A stretch of 64,000 nt of DNA from an uncultured Rhodanobacteraceae bacterium (GCA_964583865.1 CAZOXZ010000001.1:760-64759); one strand, 5' to 3'. Positions 37,837 to 47,226 are shown, counted from the stretch's first letter. Notes: generated from the sequence alone by a model not told the origin. Numbers and translations are program-made.

Positions 37837-37955
37837 GGGCAGCATACACGCGCGGGCGGTCACGCTACCATGGCGACTTTCCCTTTTGCCTGAGCCATGG
37901 CCAGCCTGCTTTTTGCCACTGAACTGTACGGTCTGCCCATCCTGCGCCCGCTGGC
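37837..37955. repeat. 119-bp direct repeat, copy 2 (functional 5' end of the TagF-like gene)
   Basis: See copy 1. The offset between copies is 753 bp. Confidence 0.9.
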
Positions 37956-38961
37956 GGCGGCCTTGCGCGCGCGCGGCGAGCAGGTGGTCTGGCTGGTGCC
38001 TGATGCCGTGGCCGGGCGGCTTCGCGATGACGAGACGCGCGTGCATGACCGCGCCGCCGTGCAGGCGCTGGCGCCGCAGGCGGTGTACTGCGCGGCCAAC
38101 TGGGTGTCGCCGGCGCTGCCGGGCACCAAGGTGCAGCTTTTTCATGGTTTCAATGCCGAGAAGCGTCCGCCCGGCCGCGGGCATTTCCGCCTGCGCGGTT
38201 TTTTCGACCTGTACTGCACCCAGGGGCCGGCGACGACGGCGCCTTTCCGCGAGCTGGCCGCCCGCGAGGGCTATTTTGCCGTCGAGGAAACCGGCTGGCC
38301 CAAGCTGGACCCGCTGTTTGGCCCGCCGAGCGCACAAAGCGGGGCCTGGCGCGAAGCGGCCGGCGAGCGGCCCTGCGTGCTGTATGCCTCGACCTTCACG
38401 CCGACATTGAGTTCGGCGCCGGCCATGCGCCAGCCGCTGGAGGAACTGGTGGCGCGTGGCGACCGCTTCTGGCTGCTGACGCTGCATCCGAAATCCGACG
38501 AGACCCTGTTTCGCAGCTATCGTGCGCTGGCCGAAAAGTATCCGCGCAACGCACGTTTTGTCGATTCCGAAGCCCTGCTGGACCTGCTGCAGGCTGCCGA
38601 TGCGCTGGTCTGCGACACCTCCTCGGTGGTGGACGAGATGGCCGTGCAGCTGAAGCCCGTGGTCACGGTGCGCAACCGCGTGCCGCGAGATTTTCTGCTG
38701 GATGTGGTCGATCCGGGCGAGGTCGACGCGGCGCTGACGCGGGCATTGCAGCATCCGCCCGAGCTGATGGCGCACATCCGCGCCCATGCCGAAGCCATTC
38801 ATCCGTACCGCGACGGCCGCTCCAGCGAGCGGGTGCTGGCAGCAGTGGACAAACTGGCCGCCGGCGGCTTCGGCCCGCTGCGGCGCAAACCGGCCAACCT
38901 GTGGCGTCGCTGGCAGGCACGTGGCCGCCTGCGGGCCATGCTGCCCGGGGACGCAGGCTGA
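37897..38961 (+). CDS. CDP-glycerol glycerophosphotransferase (TagB/TagF)-like protein
   Basis: 354 aa. The pattern CVLYASTFT ... LLTLHPKS ... LLQAADALVCDTSSVVDEMAVQLKPVV resembles the TagF-family C-terminal Rossmann domain. Assignment is by eye only. Confidence 0.5.
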   Translation: MASLLFATELYGLPILRPLAAALRARGEQVVWLVPDAVAGRLRDDETRVHDRAAVQALAPQAVYCAANWVSPALPGTKVQLFHGFNAEKRPPGRGHFRLRGFFDLYCTQGPATTAPFRELAAREGYFAVEETGWPKLDPLFGPPSAQSGAWREAAGERPCVLYASTFTPTLSSAPAMRQPLEELVARGDRFWLLTLHPKSDETLFRSYRALAEKYPRNARFVDSEALLDLLQAADALVCDTSSVVDEMAVQLKPVVTVRNRVPRDFLLDVVDPGEVDAALTRALQHPPELMAHIRAHAEAIHPYRDGRSSERVLAAVDKLAAGGFGPLRRKPANLWRRWQARGRLRAMLPGDAG

Positions 38962-40910
38962 TGTGCGGCCTGGCCGGCCTGCTGCTGCCCACGCCACGGC
39001 AGGACGAGGCGGCGTTGCGGGCGCACGCGGTCGCGATGGCCGATGCGCTGACACACCGCGGGCCGGACGATGCCGGTTCCTGGGTTGATGCCGCGGCCGG
39101 CATCGCCTTGGCGCACCGGCGCCTGGCCATCGTCGATCTCAGCACCCACGGCCACCAGCCCATGGTTTCGGCCGACAGCCGCTACGCGCTGGCCTACAAC
39201 GGCGAGATCTACAACACGGCCGAGCTGTGCCGTGCCTTCGACATCGATGGCGAGGCGCTTGAAGGCCATTCGGACACCGAGGTGCTGCTGGCGGCCATTG
39301 CCACGGTCGGCCTGGAGCATGCGCTGCAAGTCGCCAATGGCATGTACGCGCTGGCGCTCTGGGACCGGCACGAGCGCTGCCTGTGGCTGGCGCGCGACCG
39401 CGTCGGCAAGAAGCCGCTGTACTACGGCTGGGCGGGCGACACGCTGGTGTTCGGCTCGGAGCTGAAAGCGCTGTGGCGCCACCCGGCCTTCGACAACGAT
39501 GTTGATCCGGCTGCGCTGGCCTTGCTGTTGCGCCTGGACTACATTCCGGCGCCGCATTGCATCCATCGCCATGCCTTCAAGATGCAACCGGGTTGCCTGT
39601 TGCGGCTGGATGCCGCGGCGGTGGCGGCCGGCGCGGCGGCGCACGACCCACAGGACGCCCAGCAACGCTTCTGGGATGCCCGCCAGCGCATGCGCGCCGC
39701 ATTGGCCAAGCCCTTCGCGGGCGATGTAACTGCGGCCGAAGACGCCCTGGATCAGGCCCTGCGCCAAGCGGTCACCCGGCGCATGGTGGCTGACGTGCCG
39801 GTGGGCGTGTTCCTTTCCGGCGGCACGGATTCGTCCACCGTCACAGCCATGATGCAGGCGCAAAGCAGCCGGCCGGTGGCGAGCTTCAGCATCGGCTTCG
39901 AGGGCTCGCATCACGACGAAGCGCCGCTTGCGCGCGAGGTCGCCGGGCATCTCGGCACCGACCACACCGAGCTTTATGTCAGCGGTCGTGATGCCCTGGC
40001 CGTGGTGCCGCGCCTGCCGGAAATTTTTGACGAACCTTTTGCCGATGCCTCGGCGGTGCCGACCACGCTCCTGGCCCAACTGGCACGGCGCGATGTCACC
40101 GTGGCCCTGTCCGGCGATGGCGGCGACGAGCTGTTCTTAGGCTACAAGCGCTACCGCCGTGCGCTTCGCAACTGGAACACCCTGCGCCGCCTGCCGCTGG
40201 GCCTGCGAAAAGTGCTGGCCGGCCCGAATCCCGGCGAGGCCGCACGCATGGGCGGCCTGGCGGCTTTGCGGGCGGAGTTGCCGGCAGCCGGCATCGGCGC
40301 GGTGTACCGCAACCGCGTCACGCGCTGGCGCCGACCGGAAGCCCTGCTGCAGGGCACCTCCGGCCCCGCCTGTGCCTACGACAACGCGGATCTCCTGGAC
40401 GGTAGCGACGCGGCCGCCGCCATGATGCTGGCCGATTTCCTCAGCTACCTGCCGGATGACCTGTTGTGCAAGGTCGATCGCACCACCATGGCCGTGAGCC
40501 TGGAAGCACGCACGCCGCTGCTGGACTGGCAAGTGGTGGAGCTGGCCTGGTCGCTGCCACAGGCCCTGAAGTGGCATGAAGGCACCAGCAAGTACCTGCT
40601 GAAGCGTGTGCTGCAGCGCTACCTGCCAGCGGGCATGGTGCACCGGCCCAAACGCGGCTTCGGCGCGCCGGTGTCGGCCTGGCTGCGCGGCGATCTGCAC
40701 GACTGGGCCGGCGACCTGCTGGCCGCCGACCGCCTGCATGCCGACGGCTTTCTGGATGCCAACACCATCGGGCAGGTCTGGCACGCCTTCGATGCCGGTG
40801 ATCGCAAGTGGCACACGCACTTGTGGAACGTGCTGATGTTCCAGGCCTGGCTGGCGCACTGGCGCGCGTTCCGGGCCGGGCACAAGGTACACTGTGCCGC
40901 CCGGCCATGA
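38961..40910 (+). CDS. asparagine synthase (glutamine-hydrolysing) family amidotransferase
   Basis: Start MCGLAGLL gives an Ntn Cys2 and overlaps the upstream stop (TGATG). Has the SGGTDSS PP-loop. Confidence 0.9.
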   Translation: MCGLAGLLLPTPRQDEAALRAHAVAMADALTHRGPDDAGSWVDAAAGIALAHRRLAIVDLSTHGHQPMVSADSRYALAYNGEIYNTAELCRAFDIDGEALEGHSDTEVLLAAIATVGLEHALQVANGMYALALWDRHERCLWLARDRVGKKPLYYGWAGDTLVFGSELKALWRHPAFDNDVDPAALALLLRLDYIPAPHCIHRHAFKMQPGCLLRLDAAAVAAGAAAHDPQDAQQRFWDARQRMRAALAKPFAGDVTAAEDALDQALRQAVTRRMVADVPVGVFLSGGTDSSTVTAMMQAQSSRPVASFSIGFEGSHHDEAPLAREVAGHLGTDHTELYVSGRDALAVVPRLPEIFDEPFADASAVPTTLLAQLARRDVTVALSGDGGDELFLGYKRYRRALRNWNTLRRLPLGLRKVLAGPNPGEAARMGGLAALRAELPAAGIGAVYRNRVTRWRRPEALLQGTSGPACAYDNADLLDGSDAAAAMMLADFLSYLPDDLLCKVDRTTMAVSLEARTPLLDWQVVELAWSLPQALKWHEGTSKYLLKRVLQRYLPAGMVHRPKRGFGAPVSAWLRGDLHDWAGDLLAADRLHADGFLDANTIGQVWHAFDAGDRKWHTHLWNVLMFQAWLAHWRAFRAGHKVHCAARP

Positions 40911-42622
40911 CTGGTTTGCCACCCTTGCACGTTCCGCGTCTGTCCTCGACCGCCCGACTTCTGTGGCCCTGGTTGCCGCTGTGGCTGCTGCTGGCGATGC
41001 TGGCCGTGTTTTCACACGGACCCATGCCGCTGTACTCGACGCGCACTTTGGCGGTGGCCTGGGAAATGTGGAGCCAGCACCAGTTCATCGTGCCGCACCT
41101 CAACGGCGTGCCCTACCCCGACAAGGTGCCGCTGCTGTACTGGCTGATCCATGCCGGCTGGTGGCTGACCGGCGTCAACAACATCTGGCCACGCCTGCTG
41201 GAAGTGCTGCTGGGCGCGACGACACTGGGCCTGGCGGCGACCTTGGCGCAGCGCCTGGCACCACGTCAACCGCAAGTGGCCCGCGCCAGCGGCTGGTTGC
41301 TGGCCTCGCTGGGTTATGCCTTCCTGTTCAGCCTGCAGATGATGTACGACGTGCTGCTGGCCGTGTGGGTGCTGGCGGCCCTGCTGAGCCTGACGCCACG
41401 CGATGGCCGCGGCCGGCCGCGCTTTGTCCTGTTTGGCCTGTGCATCGCGCTGGGTCTGCTGAGCAAGGGCCCGGTGATGCTGTTGCATGTGGCCTTTCCG
41501 TGGCTGCTGGGCCCCGTGTGGAGCGAGTGGGCCAGGCGCCATCGCAGTGCCTGGTACGGCTGGGGTGTTCTGGCCACGGTGGGCGGCCTGCTGCTGTTTG
41601 CAGCCTGGCTGTGGCCGGCAACGCAACTGGGCGGCGAAGCCTACACGCAGGCGTTGCTGTTCAAGCAAACCTCCGGCCGCATGGTCTCGGCCTTCGTGCA
41701 TGTCCGGCCCTTGTGGTGGTACCTGCCGGTGCTGCTGGTGCTGTTTTTCCCGCTGTGCCTGTGGCCGCGCGTATGGTGGGCCGTGGGCACGATGCGCGCG
41801 CCGCTGGACCGGGCCACGCGCTTTGCCCTGTGCTGGGTGCTGCCGGTGTTGGCGTGTTTCTCGCTGATCAGCAGCAAGCAGATGTACTACCTGATCCCGG
41901 AACTGGGCGGGATGGCCATGCTGGTGGCCGTGGCGCTGGCGCGATTGCAGGATGCGCAACCGGCGTGGCAACCGCGCTGGCTGCGGCCCTGGCCGGCCGC
42001 GCTGCTGGCCTGGCTGGCCGGCAGCGGCATGCTGTTGTTGCCGGCACTGGTGGCTCATGGGCAGGTGCAGGATCACTGGTTCGTGGATCTCGCCAATGTC
42101 GGCTTGATCGGCGGGCTGGTGTTCATGCTGCTGGGCGTGCTGGTGGTCCTGCCCGGACGCCACGAATTGCAGCGCGTGGCCCTCGCCGGACTGGCCGGTG
42201 CCTTCGCCTGCCATGCCATGTTCACTCTGACCCAGTGGCAAAACTACGACATCCGGCCGACGGCGGAATTGGTATCACGCCTGCAGCAGCAAGGCCGGAC
42301 GATCGCCAAACTGGGCACTGGCTACGAGGGCGAATACCACTTCCTCGGCCGGCTGCGACAGCCCGTGGTGCAGCTGCAGCCAGGACAGCTGGCCGCGTGG
42401 ATCACGCAACATCCTCGTGGCATGGTGATCACCGATCCTGACAAGCTCGATGCCGCGGTATTGCGCTACGCGGTGCAAATCCAGCCGTTCCGCGGCGACT
42501 GGCTGGTGGTCTGGCGAGCATCGGTACTGGGGAAACTCCGGTCCGGCGACATGCCCGTCGTACCGGCACAACCGGCGAAGCGCGTGCCAGCGGGCTATTG
42601 GCGTTATCGGCAGGTACCATGA
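40907..42622 (+). CDS. glycosyltransferase family 39/83-like polytopic membrane protein (second copy)
   Basis: Start MTGLPPLHVPRL overlaps the asnB-like stop (ATGA). Has YPDKVPLLYWLIHAGWW. The loop-1 acidic pair is replaced (LYSTRTLAVAWEM). Confidence 0.8.
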   Translation: MTGLPPLHVPRLSSTARLLWPWLPLWLLLAMLAVFSHGPMPLYSTRTLAVAWEMWSQHQFIVPHLNGVPYPDKVPLLYWLIHAGWWLTGVNNIWPRLLEVLLGATTLGLAATLAQRLAPRQPQVARASGWLLASLGYAFLFSLQMMYDVLLAVWVLAALLSLTPRDGRGRPRFVLFGLCIALGLLSKGPVMLLHVAFPWLLGPVWSEWARRHRSAWYGWGVLATVGGLLLFAAWLWPATQLGGEAYTQALLFKQTSGRMVSAFVHVRPLWWYLPVLLVLFFPLCLWPRVWWAVGTMRAPLDRATRFALCWVLPVLACFSLISSKQMYYLIPELGGMAMLVAVALARLQDAQPAWQPRWLRPWPAALLAWLAGSGMLLLPALVAHGQVQDHWFVDLANVGLIGGLVFMLLGVLVVLPGRHELQRVALAGLAGAFACHAMFTLTQWQNYDIRPTAELVSRLQQQGRTIAKLGTGYEGEYHFLGRLRQPVVQLQPGQLAAWITQHPRGMVITDPDKLDAAVLRYAVQIQPFRGDWLVVWRASVLGKLRSGDMPVVPAQPAKRVPAGYWRYRQVP

Positions 42623-42656
42623 CAGGCTGGACACAAGGAACGACGAGGTTGGCTGC

Positions 42657-44018
42657 ATGAGCGCCGCACGCATTCTGGTGGTCGATGACGAGCCCGACAT
42701 CCGGGCCCTGGTTGGCGACATCCTGTTGGACGAAGGCTATGCCGTGGAACAGGCGGCCGATGCCGAGGCGGCACGTGCGCTGCGCCGCGAATGGCAGCCC
42801 GATCTGGTGCTGCTGGACATCTGGATGCCGGGCGAAGATGGCATCAGCCTGCTGCGTGACTGGGTCGAGACCGGGCCGCTGGAAGCCGGCGTGGTGATGA
42901 TGAGCGGCCACGGCAGCATCGAGACGGCCGTCGAAGCCACGCGGCTGGGTGCCTGGGACTTCATCGAGAAGCCCATCGCCCTGGCCAAGCTGCTGCTGAC
43001 GGTGCAACGTGCGCTGGAGGCCGTGCAGCTCACCCGCCAGAACGCCAACCTGAAGCAGCAGCTCACCGGGCCGGTGAAACCGGTGGGCCAGAGTGCCGCC
43101 ATGCAGGCCCTGCGGCGTGAGGGCGAGCGCCTGGCGACGCTGGATACCAACATTCTCATTCGTGGCGAGCCGGGCAGCGGCCGGCGCAGTCTGGCGCGCT
43201 GGCTGCACGGGCGCAGCGCCCGTGCCGACGGCCCGTTCATCCACTTCGATGGCGAGGGCATGGCCGCGGCCGACCAGCGTCGGGTACTGCTGGGTGCCGA
43301 CGATCAACCGGGCGTGTTCGAACAGGCCGACGGCGGCAGTCTGCTGATCGAGGAAGTGGCCGGCCTGGATGCCGAGCTGCAAGCCTTGATCGCGCCGATC
43401 CTGGAGCGTGGCAGCGTGCAACGCCAAGGCGAGACCCGGCCGCAGGCCGTGGACGTGCGCGTGTTCGCTGCCACCAGCGCCGACCTCGAAGCTGCCATCC
43501 GTACCGGCACATTGCGCGAAGAGCTGTACTACCAGCTCAACGTCGCCAGCTTGGCCGTGCCTGCCCTGCGCGATCGCATCGAGGACCTGCCGGCCCTGCT
43601 GGAGCATTTTGCCGAGCAGTTTGCCAGCCAGGACCACCTGCCCTACCGCCTGTTCCCGGCAGCCGTCCAGAACCGTCTGCGGCAACATCGCTGGCCCGGC
43701 AACGTGCGCGAGCTGCGCGCCATGGTGCAACGCCTGCTGGTCATGGCCGGCGGCGCCGAGATCAGTGTGGCCGAGGTCGAGGCGGCCCTGGCGCCGACGC
43801 CTGCGCGCGCCGCCAGCGGCATGGAGCACCACATCGACCTGAGTCTGGAACTGCGCGAAGCACGCGAGCGCTTCGAGCGCGATTATCTGGAACGCCAGCT
43901 GCGCAGCGTCAACGGCAGCGTCAGCAAGCTGGCCGACAAGGTCGGCCTGGAGCGCACCCACCTGTACCGCAAGCTGCGCGACCTCGGCATTGACCTGAAA
44001 AAATCCAAGCAGGCCTGA
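42657..44018 (+). CDS. ntrX: NtrX-like response regulator (REC, degenerate AAA+, Fis-type HTH)
   Basis: Start MSAARILVVDDEPDIRALV. Has the receiver D (LVLLDIWMPGEDG) and a WPGNVRELRA motif. I see no GAFTGA loop. Walker A reads GEPGSGRR. The C-terminal HTH is VSKLADKVGLERTHLYRKLR. Confidence 0.88.
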   Translation: MSAARILVVDDEPDIRALVGDILLDEGYAVEQAADAEAARALRREWQPDLVLLDIWMPGEDGISLLRDWVETGPLEAGVVMMSGHGSIETAVEATRLGAWDFIEKPIALAKLLLTVQRALEAVQLTRQNANLKQQLTGPVKPVGQSAAMQALRREGERLATLDTNILIRGEPGSGRRSLARWLHGRSARADGPFIHFDGEGMAAADQRRVLLGADDQPGVFEQADGGSLLIEEVAGLDAELQALIAPILERGSVQRQGETRPQAVDVRVFAATSADLEAAIRTGTLREELYYQLNVASLAVPALRDRIEDLPALLEHFAEQFASQDHLPYRLFPAAVQNRLRQHRWPGNVRELRAMVQRLLVMAGGAEISVAEVEAALAPTPARAASGMEHHIDLSLELREARERFERDYLERQLRSVNGSVSKLADKVGLERTHLYRKLRDLGIDLKKSKQA

Positions 44019-44090
44019 GAGGCTGTCAATTTTCCACCCTCGAAGCCGGCCGAGAGGCCATTCCACGGCACACCCACAATCGGAACCCTT

Positions 44091-44370
44091 GTCATTCTGC
44101 GCGGAGGGCGAAGCCCGGAGTCGGAATCCATTGGCCACACCACGCAGCAAACACTCCACCGATTGCACGAACCTGCGCGAGGTGGATCCTGCGATTCCGC
44201 TCGCTGCGCTCGCTCCACGCAGGATGACGAGTCTTTGTCCATGGGGATACCTACACTCCGCACGCTCCACGCAGGATGACCGCTGGACGCCAGCAGAAAC
44301 GGCGACGGGTATGTACCGGCCCCGCGACTGGAAGAATCCTCGGGACGGGGATTTTTCACAGACCCTGACT
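44091..44370. repeat. repeat family B (MITE-like unit, extra end fragment and hairpin/T-run tail)
   Basis: gtcattctgcgcggagggcgaagcccggagtcggaatcc ... gatcctgcgattccgctcgctgcgctcgctccacgcaggatgac. The tail gtaccggccccgcgactggaagaatcctcgggacggggattttt recurs at 52790..52858. Confidence 0.85.
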
Positions 44371-44389
44371 ATGGCGGGGCTGCCCCGTC

Positions 44390-46609
44390 TCAGGCATCCC
44401 CGACATGCAGCAGGCCCGACGGCAGGTGCCAACTAGCCAGGGCTTCGGGCGGCATGGGCCGACCCAGTGCAAAGCCTTGCCCGAGGTCACAACCCGCCTC
44501 ACGCAGCCAGGCGAGCATGGCGTCGTCCTCGATGCCTTCGGCACAGACCCGTGCGCCCAGGCTGTGCGCCAGGTTGATTGCGGCCTGGACGATGGCGCGA
44601 TCGGTTGTGGACTCGACCACGTCCCGAACAAAGGACTGGTCGATCTTCACCTCGTCCGGCGCCATGCGTTTCAAGTAGTTCAGCGAGGAGTAGCCGGTGC
44701 CGAAGTCATCCAGTGCAATCTCGATGCCGGCCGCCTTCAATCGCCGCAGGGAACGCAGGACGGCATCAGCATCACGGACCTGCTCGGATTCGGTGACCTC
44801 GATTACCAACCGGAAGGAAGAAACCCCATTGGCGTCAATGATGGTCGCGACCACGTCGTCGTCCGCCAGATCGTTGACCGAAGCGTTGACGGCAATGTGG
44901 AAGTCCGGGCCATACGGCGCCCACAGCTCGCCGTAATCGGCAACCTGGCGGACCACGTACTCGGTCAGTTGGCGCAACAGGCCGGTGGGTTCGGCCAGGG
45001 GAAGAAACTCATCGGGCGCGAGGGCGCCGTGCACCGGATGGTTCCAGCGCGTCAGCACCTCGACGCCGACCAGGCGCTGGCTGCGCAGGTCGACCTTGGG
45101 CTGCACGGCCCAGTCCAGGCTGCCGGATTCCATGGCTTCACGCAGTTCGCTCACCAGCGTGAGGCTGCGTGGGTCGGGCTCCAGACCGGCGTCATAGAAC
45201 ACGCAGGCGGTGCGTCGTGCAGGTGCCGCTGAACAAGCCATGCTTGCGGCCCGCAGAAGTCCAGCGGGATCCGGCGCGTGATCGGGATAGAGGGCCACAC
45301 CGGCGCAACAGGGTTGCTCGATCGGCAGGCCACCGAGATCCAACCGCGCCTGAATGCAACCGAGCGCCGCCTGGACGATCTCGACGACATCGCCGGGATC
45401 GGAAAAGGACTGCACCACAAGAGCGAACTTGCCGGGGGCCAGGCAGGTTGCCCACCAGCGGGCATCACTCTGGTCCAGGCGTGCCCCCAAGGCCTTCAGC
45501 AAGCGCAATTCCACGGCATCACCGGCCACGGCTCGAAGCGTGTCCAGATCCAGCAGGTCAATGCGGATCACGGCCACGCGTGGCTTGTCGGCATGCTCGA
45601 GGTGATACCCCAGCTGGCGCAAGAAGCCGTGCTGGTTGGGCAGGCCCGTGTCCGGATCGTTGTACGCCAGGTAGTCGACATCGCGCTCCAGCTCGCGCCG
45701 CCGGGCCGTTTCCTGTTGTGCGCGCAATCGTGAATGCCGCAGCCACCACAGGAGGAAAAGCAACAAGGGCACCAGCGTCAGCGCGGCAATCAGCAACCCG
45801 TGGCGAAAACTGTCGCTCGGCGGCTCCAGGTTGCCCAACCACTGCAGGTACAGGCGATCGTAGGTACCATCACGCTTGACCTGGGCCAGGGCCTTGTCGA
45901 TCCGACCGACCAGCGCCGGCCGATCGCGACTGACGGCATAGGCATAAGGCATTTCCAGCAGCGGCGGGCTGAGAGCGACGATCTCGGCGTCCTGACCGTG
46001 CGTGATGGTGCTGTAGCCAATCATCATGGGCACCACGGCGTAATCGGCCTTGCCCTGACGCAGCATGTCGATGGCCGCCGGTTCGGTCTGCGTGGGCACG
46101 ATCCTGACATCATTCAGCGGCTGTAGCCGGGTCCAGGCCACGCCCTCGTACTGCGCGGCAACGCGCCGTCCACCCAGCTCATGGAAGCTGTGCACGAAAC
46201 CGCTGCCGCGACGGCCGAAAACCAGGTGATAGCGGTAAAGGAACGGCGTGGTGAACAGGTACAGCTTCTCGCGCTCGGGCGTGACCAGCATGGGCACCAC
46301 ATCCACGCGACCAGCCGCCAGCGCCTGACGTGTACTGGCCCAGTTTCCCAGTTCCACCTGCAACGGCACGTGCAGATGACCGGCCACGGTGCGAAACAGC
46401 TCGACGTCAAAGCCGGTCGCCCGGCCATCCGGGGTGATGAACTGGTAGGGCGGATAGTTGCTGTCACCCGCAAGGACAATGCCGTGGCTGTCGCCCGGCG
46501 GATCGGGTGCAGGGGCGGCCTTGAGGACACATGAGGGGAGACACAGCAGCACGGCAATCGCCGCACACTGGAGGAACCAGCCCGGTTTGAGGCTCGGCCT
46601 GAACGACAT
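44390..46609 (-). CDS. periplasmic SBP domain / TM / degenerate GGDEF / EAL signalling protein
   Basis: 739 aa. N-terminal family-3 solute-binding domain (YPPYQF), then a TM. The GGDEF position reads APGKF. The EAL domain has EVLTRW, DDFGTGYSSL and EGIEDD. Confidence 0.85.
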   Translation of the reverse strand: MSFRPSLKPGWFLQCAAIAVLLCLPSCVLKAAPAPDPPGDSHGIVLAGDSNYPPYQFITPDGRATGFDVELFRTVAGHLHVPLQVELGNWASTRQALAAGRVDVVPMLVTPEREKLYLFTTPFLYRYHLVFGRRGSGFVHSFHELGGRRVAAQYEGVAWTRLQPLNDVRIVPTQTEPAAIDMLRQGKADYAVVPMMIGYSTITHGQDAEIVALSPPLLEMPYAYAVSRDRPALVGRIDKALAQVKRDGTYDRLYLQWLGNLEPPSDSFRHGLLIAALTLVPLLLFLLWWLRHSRLRAQQETARRRELERDVDYLAYNDPDTGLPNQHGFLRQLGYHLEHADKPRVAVIRIDLLDLDTLRAVAGDAVELRLLKALGARLDQSDARWWATCLAPGKFALVVQSFSDPGDVVEIVQAALGCIQARLDLGGLPIEQPCCAGVALYPDHAPDPAGLLRAASMACSAAPARRTACVFYDAGLEPDPRSLTLVSELREAMESGSLDWAVQPKVDLRSQRLVGVEVLTRWNHPVHGALAPDEFLPLAEPTGLLRQLTEYVVRQVADYGELWAPYGPDFHIAVNASVNDLADDDVVATIIDANGVSSFRLVIEVTESEQVRDADAVLRSLRRLKAAGIEIALDDFGTGYSSLNYLKRMAPDEVKIDQSFVRDVVESTTDRAIVQAAINLAHSLGARVCAEGIEDDAMLAWLREAGCDLGQGFALGRPMPPEALASWHLPSGLLHVGDA

Positions 46610-46726
46610 CCACGTCTCCGGCGCGTCTGCATGACACTATGCCACAAGCGAACAAGGGAGCGGGTTGATGGACCCAATCAGACCGGGGCCGATCGGCGGC
46701 GTAGCCCACCGGCCGGCGGTGGGAGC

Positions 46727-47226
46727 TTATTTGTACGGGTTGAGCTGGAACGTCACCGGGAGCTCAATCCACTCCGAGTACGGCTGGCCATCCTTCATGC
46801 CCGGGTTGAAGCGCCACTGCGCGGCCGCGCGGATTGCGGATGCGATCAAGGCGTTGGAGGCATGGGTTGCCTTCTGGTTATACGTGATACTCAGGGGATT
46901 GCCCTCGACCCCCACGAGAATCTTCAGCATCACGGTGCCTTCCTCGCCGTTCTTCACAGCGGAGGCCGGGTAACGTGGCGGGTGCGGGCGCGGATGGTCC
47001 GGATCACGGTTGGTGTATCCGTAACGGGGTTGCCCGCCGGTGATGCGGGTGGCGTGGGTGGCGTGGGTGGCGCAGGCGGCACGGGAGCAGACTGGGCCGC
47101 GACCGGACTGGCGACAGCGGGGACCACGGCCTGGGCAGCAAACATGGCGCCGGCAAAGGCGGCCGTCAGTACCAGGTAGGCGGCGCGGCGCGGCAGGCGG
47201 GCCTTTGGAGGTTGCATGATCATCAT
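46727..47226 (-). pseudogene. small TonB-family protein, frameshifted
   Basis: The N-terminal part (MMIMQPPKARLPRRAAYLVLTAAFAGAMFAA TM plus APVPPAPPTPPTPPASP) is in the frame of track ORF 46954..47436. The TonB C-terminal domain (PPRYPASAVKNGEEGTVMLKILV...WRFNPG...) is in the frame of ORF 46727..47443. AGGAAAG RBS precedes the ATG at 47226. The 500-nt length is not a multiple of 3. Confidence 0.6.
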
